From: Heteronotia binoei
Lineage: Eukaryota
NCBI RefSeq assembly: GCF_032191835.1
Contig: NC_083228.1
Span: 78,306,001-78,370,000 of the forward strand
Length of the DNA stretch: 64,000 bases
Direction: 5' to 3'
Shown here piece by piece: positions 25,401 through 36,699 of the stretch (position 1 is its first letter; each line of letters begins with the position of its first letter). The translations under genes and the position numbers were made by a program. Below the pieces are notes generated by a model. The model searched no databases, had not been told where the DNA came from, and saw nothing but the letters and a program-made list of their open reading frames with translations.

Positions 25401-26120
25401 ACTCACTGAGGTTTCATCTCATGCATCTGAAAATTTATGGAATAAATAAACCAATCTTTAAGGGGCTGCAAAATACTGCAGTACAAATGCATTGCTAGGA
25501 AAAGTAACTTTTTGGAGTGTATCTTTTTCACTACAATGACAAGGGCATTTAACTCTTCCTGCTTGCTGGATTTTTACATTAATCCTACATATTTCCGTCG
25601 CTCTTGCCCGTAAATGAAGAACTGTACCGTCCGCAATAGAAGACACTACGATAGAAGACAGGAATTTCAGCAAGAATCTTTAAAACCGTAGTCCTTCGTG
25701 CGCAATAGAAGACAGGAATTTCAGTAAAAATCTTTAAAACATAGTCCCTTGCAGAATTTTGCAACCGGAAATGTTACACTGTTTTTCTGTCTCGATGACT
25801 GAAAGTAGGAACACAGACCGGGGCAGGCACAAATGCAGCTACGAAGAGACAGCAAAGGACGGAAGTTGTATGCAGTCTTGCACTCCCGGTTTCCAATTGA
25901 ACACTCTCCCACATTTAAGATCAAAACGCGAGGATCAAAAACTAAAAGGAGTTGCTTTCTTCATCCTAATATCTTTGGTACTGTACCCCAATATCTCTGG
26001 CACTGGCTTGAGATCATTCATTGATTACAATCATAGCGTTTTGTATTCTCGTTTAACTAAGCAGTTATATGTATATTTAAATCCCCAGAATCCGAATTCC
26101 AGAAGGATGGTGAGGGGCAT

Positions 26121-26634
26121 TAGGGTTGCCAAGTCCAATTCAAGAAATACCTGGGGACTTTGGAGGATGGAGCCAGAAGACATTGAGGGTGGAGTCAGGA
26201 GCAAGGTTGTGACAAGCATAATTGAACTCCAAAGGGAGTTCTGGCCATCACATTTAAACGCACCGCTCGCCTTTTTAAATGCCTTCCTTCCATAGGAAAT
26301 AATGAAGGATAGGGGCACCTTCTTTTGGGGCTCATAGAATTGGACCTCCTGGTCCAATCTTTTTGAAACTTGGAGGGTATTTTGGGGAGAGGTGCTGAAT
26401 GCTACACTTAAACTTTGGTGCCTCTACCTCAATAAACAGCCCCCCCCCCCGAGCCCCAGATACCCGCGGATCAATTCTCCATTATTTCCTATGGGAATAA
26501 GTCTCCATAGGGAATAATAGAGTTCCCAACAGACATTTCCCTCCTCTCCCCCCGCTTTCTGATGACCCTGAAGTGCAGGAGAGGGCCTCCAATCTGGGGG
26601 ATTGCCTGCCCCCACCTGGGGATTGGTAACCCCA
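26121..26634 (+). mobile_element. Non-autonomous DNA transposon (MITE) with TAGGGTTGCCA-type termini
   Basis: Imperfect TIRs tagggttgcca / tggtaacccca; internal sequence shared in reverse orientation with 43687-44130; no clear TSD. Confidence 0.7.
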
Positions 26635-26959
26635 GCTATACCACAGAACCATGGGTTGCCTCTCCCTCAAATATACATTATAGTAAATCAGTCTTGTCAT
26701 CCTGTGGTATTTTGTTGTTTCACTGACCACTGGCCAATGTGAAGAATTTATATCTTCTGGTGCCATCTGGATGGAAGCAGAGGAATTCAAGGAATTGCAT
26801 CCTAATATATGAACGTTTCACTAATTTTCTTTAATGCTAATAAGTTATATGCTTCAGCATCTATTTAGGAAAAGAATTCTACAATGGTGCCTGCTGCTTT
26901 TGTCAGGGTCACTATTCATATTAAAATTAGAATCTCTGAGTTTTGAAAGACTTCATTCT

Positions 26960-29900
26960 GAGGTTTGTGCGGCTGCCTAAAATTCTGAGGATAGCTGGGG
27001 AACTGCTGTTTGTTTGGTCTTTGTTTGCTCTTTGTTTGGTTGAGTGGGCTAAAGGAGAAAGAGATTGAGAGTGATTGAGAGTGATTGCTGCTGATTGTTG
27101 AGGAGTGCCTCTGCTCCACCCTCTTTGCATTTTAAGCTGCGCCTTGCCAAATGTGTGGGAGCCAGTGGCTGTTTGCCTGGGGGCTCCCTAAGGACCAGGA
27201 ACCCAGATCCCTGATTTCCTTGTTCTCCCAATAAGGTAAGTTGACCCTCCAGAAGGGGAGCCACTTAAACAAACAACATTTAAAGAGGACTGTATATTTT
27301 ATATATATTGAAGATAGAATGCCAGCAGGGGGTTGGGGGCTTTCCAGTGTTTTGCACTGAGTGTCACATGTACGACTATCTGCCCAAAGGACAGAGGTCT
27401 TGGGTGTGTGCTCGATGCAAGGAGCTCCTGGTCCTCAGGGAACGAGTTCGTACCCTTGAGGCCGAGATGACTGCCCTGGAGAAGCAGAGACGGTCAGTTA
27501 GGCACTTGGGGAAGACTCTCGGGGGCGTATTAGATGAGCCCCGCTCTGAACGTAGCAGCCCCGTTGCTGCCAAAGAGCATGAGGGTCGAGAGGGAACAGG
27601 GCACCGGGCTGAGGATAAGGGGAATGCGCCCTCAGAAGGGACTCTTCTTCGGTTGGTGAGCGGGAATCCTTTCGCGCCAAGGAACCATCCCTGGGCAGGG
27701 GGAGAGGGGGGGGGGGTTGGTAGTTGGTGATTCGATCCTTAGGCAAGTAGACAGCTGGGTGGCAAAACCGTGTACTGACCGTATGGTGACTTGCCTGCCT
27801 GGTGCGAAGGTAGCAGACATTACGTGTGTAGTAGATAGGCTGATAGACCGTGCTGGGGAGGAGCCTGTGGTCGTGGTGCATGTTGGCACCAACGATGTGG
27901 GGAAATGCAGTCGTGAGGTCCTGGAGGAAAAATTTAGGCTGCTAGGCGGGAGACATAAGGCCAGGACCTCCAAGGTAGCCTTCTCAGAAGTGCTACCTGT
28001 TCCACGTGCAGGGCAGGAGAGACAGGCACAAATTAGAAGTCACAATGTGTGGATGAGACGATGGTGTAAGGAGGAAGGGTTTAAGTTTGTTAGGCACTGG
28101 GATGCTTTCTGGAACAAGCGGGAGCTGTACAAAAGAGACAGTCTTCACTTGTCCCCGGATGGAACCAGGCTGCTGGTGCTTAAAATCAAAAAGGTGGCAG
28201 AGCAGTTTTTAAACTAAATCTTGGGGGAAAGCCGACAGAAGATGAAATGTCTCTGGTTCGGGAGGACTCGTCTCAAAGAGATGAAGGGTTGGCTGCTATT
28301 TTTCTACCATGTAACGGACCAGAGTTGTCCACTGTGATGGTGACAAACAGTATGGACTGTCTGCCAGAGTCTCGAGGCGGCAGGAGGAAGGCGGCGGGAC
28401 TAGCTTGCCTGGGAAATTATAGATGTTTGTATACAAATGCTAGAAGTGTTCGAAGTAAAATTGGTGAATTGGAATGTTTAGTGTTGGGAGAAAACATAGA
28501 CATTGTGGGAATTTCAGAAACTTGGTGGAATGAGGAGAATCAGTGGGACACGGTGATTCCTGGATATGTTATATCGGAAGGATAGGGAGGGAAGGGTTGG
28601 AGGTGGGGTGGCTCTGTATGTCAGAGAGGATATACGGTCCAGTAAGACTGAGGTCAGAGAATTAGATTCCCTTTTAGAAATGCTTTGGGTTGAAATAGAG
28701 GGCCCAAAAGGAAATTTAACTATGGGAGTTTGTTATCGCCCACCAAATCAAAAGAGAGAGGACGATTATAATATGATGGAAGGCTTAAAGATAGCGGCTA
28801 AACGTAAAAACTGTGTCGTAATAGGTGATTTTAACTACCCGCAGAATGGGTCAATATGTGTTCTGGTCGAGAGAAAGAGATTGAGTTTCTTGATGCTCTC
28901 AATGACTATGCTATGGAGCAGATGGTCTCAGAACCTACCAGGGGTGGGGCGATCCTGGATTTGGTCCTAAGTAATCCCCAAGACTTGGTGAGAGATGTAA
29001 AAGTGATTGCGCCGCTTGGGAGCAGTGACCATAATGTTATTGATTTCACCGTTTGTATAAATAGGGAGTTGCCCAAAAAGACCGCCACAACCACGTTTAA
29101 CTTTAAAAGGGGTAAATACACTGAGATGAGGAGACATGTGAGGAGGAAACTGAAAGGAAAGGTAAATACGGTCAAAACCCTTGGGGAAGCTTGGAGACTA
29201 TTTAAAACTATAATCCTAGAAGCTCAGATAAAATACATACCACAAGTTAGGAAAGGCACAAACAGGCATAAGAAAAGGCCTGCATGGTTAACAAACAAAG
29301 TAATGGAAGCTGTAAAAGGTAAGAAGGACTCCTTTAAGCGGTGGAAAACCAGTCCAAGTGAGATTAGTAAAAGGGAACACAGGCTGTGGCAAATCAATTG
29401 CAAGACTGTGATCAGACAGGCAAAAAGGGACTATGAGGAGCATATTGCAAAAAACATAAAGACCAACAATAAAAATTTATTCAAATATATTAGAAGTAGG
29501 AAACCAGCCAGGGAGGCAGTGGGGCCCTTGGATGACCATGAGGTAAAAAGATTACTGAAGGAGGATAGGGAAATGGCTGAGAAGCTGAATGCACTTTTTG
29601 CCTCCGTCTTCACTGTGGAAGATGAGAACTTTTTGCCCGCCCCAGAACCACTAATTTTGGAAGGGGTGTTGAAAGACCTGAGTCAGATTGAGGTGACAAA
29701 AGAGGAGGTCCTACAAAACTAATAAGTCACCAGGTCTGGATGGCATACATCCGAGAGTTCTGAAAGAACTCAAAGTTGAACTTGTGGATCTTCTAACAAA
29801 AATCTGTAATCTTTCATTGAAATCTGCCTCCGTTCCTGAGGACTGGAAGGTAGCAAATGTCACCCGCATCTTTAAAAAGGGTTCCAGAGGAGATCCGGGA

Positions 29901-31297
29901 AATTACAGGCCAGTCAGTCTGACTTCAATACCGGGAAAGTTGGTAGAAACCATTATCAAGGACAGAATGAGTAGGCACATTGATGAACACGGGTTATTGT
30001 GGAAGACTCAGCATGGGTTCTGTAAGGGAAGATCTTGCCTCACTAACCTGTTACATTTCTTTGAGGGGGTGAACAAACATGTGGACAAAGGAGACCCGAT
30101 AGATGTTGTTTACCTTGACTTCCAGAAAGCTTTTGATAAAGTTCCTCATCAAAGGCTTCTTAGAAAGCTTGAGAGTCATGGAGTAAAAGGACAGGTCCTC
30201 TTGTGGATCAAAAACTGGCTGAGTAATAGGAAGCAGAGAGTGAGTATAAATGGGCAGTCTTCGCAGTGGAGGACGGTAAGCAGTGGGGTGCCGCAGGGCT
30301 CGGTACTGGGTCCCATGCTCTTTAACTTGTTCATAAATGATTTAGAGTTGGGAGTGAGCAGTGAAGTGGCCAAGTTTGCGGATGACACTAAATTGTTCAG
30401 GGTGGTGAGAACCAGAGAGGATTGTGAGGAACTCCAAAGGGATCTGTTGAGGCTGGGTGAGTGGGCATCAACGTGGCAGATGCAGTTCAATGTGGCCAAG
30501 TGCAAAGTAATGCACATTGGGGCCAAGAATCCCAGCTACAAATACAAGTTGATGGGGTGTGAACTGGCAGAGACTGACCAAGAGAGAGATCTCGGGGTCG
30601 TGGTAGATAACTCACTGAAAATGTCAAGACAGTGTGCGTTTGCAATAAAAAAGGCCAACGCCATGCTGGGAATTATTAGGAAGGGAATTGAAAACAAATC
30701 AGCCAGTATCATAATGCCCTGTAGAAATCGATGGTGCGGTCTCATTTGGAGTACTGTGTGCAGTTCTGGTCGCCGCACCTCAAAAAGGATATTATAGCAT
30801 TGGAGAAAGTCCAGAAAAGGGCAACTAGAATGATTAAAGGGCTGGAACACTTTCCCTATGAAGAAAGGTTGAAACGCTTGGGACTCTTTAGCTTGGAGAA
30901 ACGTCGACTGCGGGCTGACATGATAGAGGTTACAAGATAATGCATGGGACGGAGAAAGTAGAGAAAGAAGTACTTTTCTCCCTTTCTCACAATACAAGAA
31001 CTCGTGGGCATTCGATGAAATTGCTGAGCAGACAGGTTAAAATGGATAAAAGGAAGTACTTCTTCACCCAAAGGGTGATTAACATGTGGAATTCACTGCC
31101 ACAGGAGGTGGTGGTGGCCACAAGCATAGCCACCTTCAAGAGGGGTTTAGATAAAAATATGGAGCAGAGGTCCATCAGTGGCTATTAGCCACAGTGTGTG
31201 TGTGTGTGTGTGTGTGTATAAATTTTTTGCCACTGTGTGACACAGAGTGTTGGACTGGATGGGCCATTGGCCTGATCTAACATGGCTTCTCTTATGT
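26960..31297 (+). mobile_element. Near-full-length CR1 LINE (ORF1 zinc-finger/coiled-coil/SGNH esterase; ORF2 APE-RT), frameshifted
   Basis: ORF1 27308-28217 (CTEC...CARC, GDSILR, HVGTND, DSLHLS). ORF2 about 28360-31188 (YTNARS, GDFNYP, YRPVSLTS, YLDFQKAFD, KFADD, LGVVVD). Typical 3' end with (TG)n and ...gcttctcttatgt. 5' boundary approximate. Confidence 0.93.
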
Positions 31298-31344
31298 AAT
31301 TACAGTCTGCAAGAAAATGAATTTTATTGAGAACATCATACATA

Positions 31345-31500
31345 AGATGTGCTCTGCTGTATCAGATCAGTGGTCCATGTAGTCCAGCATCCTGTTTCAC
31401 ATAGTTACCAACCAGCTGCCCAGAGGGCCAATAACAAGGCATAGAGGTCAAGGCCTCACATTGATGTTGCTTCCCACCACCAGCATTTACAGTTCTTCAG
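31345..31500 (-). mobile_element. CR1 3' end fragment, tail-to-tail with the large CR1
   Basis: Reverse-complement similarity to 53880-54070. Confidence 0.55.
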
Positions 31501-32244
31501 GATGTGAAGGTGCTATAAAAAGCACAGGTAGGAGGGCCAGGGCCTGTAGGAAGCCAGCTCCTGACCTATACCTCAGTACTCTAAAGAAGGAGTTGCCAAC
31601 CTTTTCTTTCATGAGAGCTGCTTCTGGACAATATTCCAAGCTACTCTCCTCCTCACCACCACCAACATGCTATCAAGCTTTGTTCTATCCTGGGAACATG
31701 AGATACACTTGAATCTATCAGCTGAAAAGCACAGAGAAAAATCCTATGAAGAGCTTTGCAGAAATATATGTTCTAGGCTTCTCTTTTTTTGTAATCTTCT
31801 AGGTTTTCTAGCAGATTATGAGGTACTCTATAGCAATGAGCTACCTGTTGGAGACCCCTATTATAAAGAGATTCCTCCAGATTCCCCATGTTCTGATTCA
31901 GGACTACTTGAGGCAGCCAATCATGTTAAGTATTGGTCATAAATTTTGAAATGTATGCATCTGGAAGATTATAGCAAAGTCTGAGTTTTTGTCTCACAAT
32001 ATAGCAGGATGGCTACATATTAGGGATTTTATGATAGAGGAAGAGTAAGTTCATTTTGTGTTTCTGAGGACATGGCTGAGTCCTTCCATCCCCATTTCCT
32101 CAGAAACTTATGTTACCTTCCTTGTCAAGAGGCCTTGCATTTCTACAAACCTCTCTCTGCTGCTTCATAACATATGTAGGTCTTCATATACTTTATTGTT
32201 GATTTCTGGAAAAGTGGGGGGAAATGCACAAAATTATCACATTT

Positions 32245-34905
32245 CTTTTTTCTCAATATTTTATTGAAATTTTATAAATACAAAAATAAACAACAGAATT
32301 ATTCAGCACATACAGTGGGTCTTATAAACTTAATAGTATTGCATATAAAGTCTAAAGATAGGTCAAAGCAATGTAAGGAGACTGGAATAGAGAATTTAAC
32401 AACTATTACTTAAGTTTTATCACAAACATAAGTTGTCAATTATTTTAGGAATCTCCTGCTGAGAGGTCAAATATTCTAAGAAGGGGGACCAGATAGGGGT
32501 AAAATCAGAGACTGAAGAATGCTTGTCAAAATGCATAAGATTATCCATGAGCTTAACGATGATATAGAAGTCTCACAACTTTTTATCCCAATATGAAAGA
32601 GTGAGTATTGTTGCAGTTTTCCAATTTGTGGCAATATTTTAGCAGCAGAAAGTAGAAGAGAGACCCATTCTATGGTAGAAGAACAACTCTTGAGACCCAT
32701 CCATTCAAAAACCCGTTTTCCAGTGTCAGTGAAATGTCCATGTGTGATGGATTTGATTTGAATCAATACAGATTCCCAGAAGGGAGCAATTTTGGGACAG
32801 TGTATCCAGCAGTGCAGATAGTCTCCTTTATTACCACATTTCTCCCAGCATAATGGATTACTAGTTGGATTTATGTAAGCCAATTTCCGGGGTGTGAGAT
32901 ACCAGTGTGAAATAATTTTAAAGGATTACAGTTTTACTTCAGTTATATTGGAATGGAAAGAAAGAACAGTTTGAGTCCCAAGATTCACAGTTCTTTTTTT
33001 CAGTATTAATATTTTATTAAGTGTGTATATATCAATTTATTTATACATCTAAAATAAATACATTTCGTTTTTTGCTTATTACCTTCTACAAATCGAACTG
33101 AATACTAACAACAAATAAATAAACCCCTTCTTCTTTATCTTATTTCCTTTCTTTACCCGATTTCACCCGATCCCCGTACCACTTTTCCCAGTTCTTATTC
33201 TAATCAAAATTATATTCTTTCTTTTGTTTCCAAAACTTCTTTACTTCTTCATGGACTTTCATCTTTTCACACTTAATTTTTAAAACTTTAACTATCTTCT
33301 CTCATGCCTACAAAAGAAAGCTGGACAGGGTTACCTCCAGAACTGGGTGCTGCAGAAAAATCTCTACAGTCGAAGGTCTAGGGGGGGACACATCCACCAC
33401 CTCCTTGCTACTCCATTGGCTTTAACAATTCATTTCCCATTTATCTTCTAACTATGTACATATTCTCCTATTAATTCGCCTCAAGAAAATATAATTCCCC
33501 AATTCAAACTCTTCCAGACTTTAGTTTAATTACACTGTCTATTAGTTCCTTGCCAGATGCCTCATTATATGCAGTAAAAGTTTGATTTTCCATATTGACC
33601 ACTAGATGGCCTAGTGGTAACCATCTATACAGAATTCCTTTGTTCCACAGAATCTTTGTTGTTTCTCTCAGTCTCCTTTTTGCATTAATTACTTCAGCTG
33701 AGATATCAGGAAATAAACCTATCCTGTCTTCAAGGCACAGTCCTTGTTTTTCCCTGGTGATTTAAAAAAAAATTGTTCTTCATCTGTAGTTGTTTAAATT
33801 CAACAACAATGTCTGGGGAAATGTCAGGAGCCTTTTTGGAAATGTTTAATCGGAAGGCAGAGGTGACAATCTCTTGGGAAAATTCTGCTTCTCCTTCTGT
33901 GAGAAGAATCTGACTCAGCCGTCTATTTAAAGCTATAGTAAGGTTTTCCGTCTCTCCAAAATTTACTGATATTCCACAAAGTTTGGCCTTTCTTTCTCTT
34001 AATTTTAACTCCTGGAGTATAATCTTATTTTTGGCCCAAGACTCAAAATCCTTGAAGTTTTTCAAATCCTCTGCTGTCTTTTTTGCCATTTGATATGAAG
34101 CTTTAGCTTTCTTATCTGTTGTTTTCAACGCTGCAGTGAGTTCATCCAATTTCTTATCGATTCGGCTGACTGTTTGAGAAGTCCTAGTTCCTTTTTTAAT
34201 TGTCCAACCTCTCCACTAAGAGACTTTATCTCACTCTTAATTTAATTCTTTATCTCTGTTAGGGCATGCAATATCTCAGTCTGTTCACTTTGGGGAGGGT
34301 TACTCCCTTCCGCTGTCAAATCCTCTAACAGAGAAGTCTCCAAGTCAGAATTTTCAGATTCTTCTAAGTCAGTTTTACCCTTTCTAGGAGGTCTGTAGGG
34401 AGGGTTTTTAGTACCTCTTTTTGCTCTAGTCCTTCCCATGCTTGACTTTGATGTTCTTTCCAAAATTGGCTGTGTTTTCTGGGAGTAGTCATTAATCTTA
34501 TGCAGAAATAGCAGGAGCTCAGGAGGGATGCAACCGGCCTGAAGCTCAGTCACCATGCCCCCCACAGTTCTTTTTTAATCCCAGTAAAGGGCTAGGATGT
34601 TAGTTTATTTAAAACATGTGCAGCCTGCCTTTCCATTCTACATAGGATCTTTTAGAGTGACCTCCCCCCACTCCTTCAAGTTTAAATCAGATGTTTACCT
34701 CCTCTGCCAACAATATGCTGGCCTTCATCTCAAAAATAATGCAGGAGGAAGAGGACCTGCTTTGATAATAAAGTTATTATCTCCTCCGAGTGCTGCCTTG
34801 GTAGAGGAGGGGTGTTCTAAAATCAAACAAATAAATAGATTCTGGATGAATCATTCCCAGGTTTCCTCAAAATGTCACCAAGAAGCTTCTGCTTTGCTCT
34901 TCTGT
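32245..34905 (-). mobile_element. Old 5'-truncated L1 (3' ORF2 end and tail), interrupted at 32986-34576 by the ORF1-only element
   Basis: CWEKCGNKGDYLHCWIHCPKIAPFW zinc-knuckle (ORF 32476-32883), T-rich tail at about 32245-32270; the degenerate sequence continues across the TSD into 34577-34905. Confidence 0.75.
33000..34562 (-). mobile_element. ORF1-only L1-derived element (HAL1-like), apparently full length
   Basis: 14-bp TSD cacagttctttttt at 32986-32999 and 34563-34576. ORF1p remnants 34439 to 33504 (frameshifted; C-terminal domain IGLFPDISAEVINAKRRLRETTKILWNKGILYRWLP). About 500-nt 3' UTR with AATAAA (33013-33018) and an A tail. No ORF2 sequence seen. Confidence 0.8.
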
Positions 34906-34906
34906 T

Positions 34907-36699
34907 AATTTATTATTTATCGTATGGCAGAATTACATACAGGAAGCATATAATAATATAAAATACATAACCAAGTTGATACAATGGACATGCAGCCTGA
35001 TTGGGCAAACCCCCTAAATCTAAATTTTCAGTCCACTCAGTCGCAACTGGGGAAAGTTTAAAGAGCTCCATCACATCACCCTGGAAATCATGACACTCAC
35101 ATACCTGTGACAGATGGAAAAGAGTTTGGCAGTATGCACCACAATTGCATTCACGTCCTGGTATTTTGTCTCATTTAAACGACAGGTCTGCACAACTACC
35201 AAAGCCTGTTCATCCTCTTTTAAGCATCTCCCATACTTTACATGGCAAGTCAAATCCTGCAGGCCTCTCACTGATGTTTATCAGGTTATGGATATTGAGT
35301 AGAACCAGGCCTTGGATTCAGTGGGAGCTCACAGGAACGCAACTCCTGAACCTTTCTGAGAGTTCCACCTCCTTTTCCATTGAATTGTAGGTGCAGCTCC
35401 ATAACAATCCCTGGATGAGCTCCACCACCTATTTTTCAACAAAACAACCCCTGGGTAGAACTGATTGCATCCATGTTCACAACCATTCATTCCCTATGTC
35501 GAAATGTTGGGATTGCAGGATTTGTGCAGATCTTATTGGTGGGTGTTGGGACTTTAATCTGGATAGGCCCATGTCAATCATGTCTTTGTGGATGGGCAAC
35601 TCTCTGTTTTCAATTATTTTTCTATATTTATGAAGAGCATCTTGTCTTCGAAGATGTGAAGGAGTGATGTGGCACAGTATGGGTAGCCAATAGGTCAGAG
35701 TAGGATTAATACAGCCACTGATGGCTCTCATTGTTGTGTTGAATCAGACATCAAGCTTGTGGACATGGGGGCTCTTGAGCCACACTGAAGCACCATATTC
35801 TGCAGTGCTAACCCCAAAGCTGAGCATCTAAGTGTTGCAGCAGATGTACCCCAAGTTGTACCACATAATTTTTGGATAATATTGTTTTGCATGTGTATTT
35901 TTGCTGCTACGATGTTACGTACCAACCCCAAAGCTAAGCGTCTAAGTATTGTAGCAGACACACCTGAAGCTGAACCACATAATTTTTGGAAAATGTTATT
36001 TTGCATGTATATTTTTGCTACTACATTGCTAAGATGGTGTTTATAGTTCAAGGTCCTGTCCAGGGTAATGCCAAGGTACTTAGGTTTATGGTTGTGTGTA
36101 ACCTGAGTGTCATTAATGTAAACACTCAGTTCCCAGTTGGCAAGATTGTTATCGAGATGGAAACAGGGCAAGGGGGATTATTACACTTGGGATAAGCTGC
36201 TATTTCAAAAATTTAGCTCCCTAGTAAGTATTTCCTCGCCCTTTCAATTGATTTGAGCCTTACTGCAATCGCCATGTCATTGGCACAAGCAAACTTCCTG
36301 GGTATCATCTTGGGAACATCAGAAATGAATAGACTGAAAAGAACTGGAGTGAGGGTTGAGCTGTGGGGTAGACCATTATTCAGTTTCTTCTGCTTGCTGA
36401 TTGAGTGACCCATAATTAATTGGAAAGTTCTATTATTCTGCATATTAATTAAGAAACAAAATACTGTTCTGCTGGGAAAAAACTTGTAAAAACTTGTACA
36501 GTAGACCATCCCTCCAGACTGTGTCATAAACATCAGTCACATCAATGAGAACCGCTAATATCTTAAGACATTTTTGATACCCTGCCTCAATGAAAGTTGT
36601 TAAGCCTGGTCTTCACAACTACAATGGGGTCTAAATCCTGCTTGCTCTATAGAGATATGTTCATTAATTTTGTCACTGATTCTGTTCAGGATTAGTCTC
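34907..36699 (-). mobile_element. Vingi/Ingi-clade LINE, 3' part (RT and C-terminus)
   Basis: EQAGFRP, KPKYLGITLDRTL, KLCGTTWGTSAATLRCSAL and frameshifted STAEYGASVW motifs; 3' tail gccatacgataaataata. Confidence 0.8.

Noticed and set aside
25759-26295. 178-aa ORF upstream of RRP12
   Set aside because: Its last third runs through the TAGGGTTGCCA MITE. It has no recognisable domain and no splice structure, so it is likely a chance ORF.
33315-33335. Donor/acceptor-like pair in the 3' UTR of the ORF1-only element, a possible trace of ORF2 removal by splicing
   Set aside because: The two sites are under 30 nt apart, too short for an intron, and do not explain the absence of ORF2.
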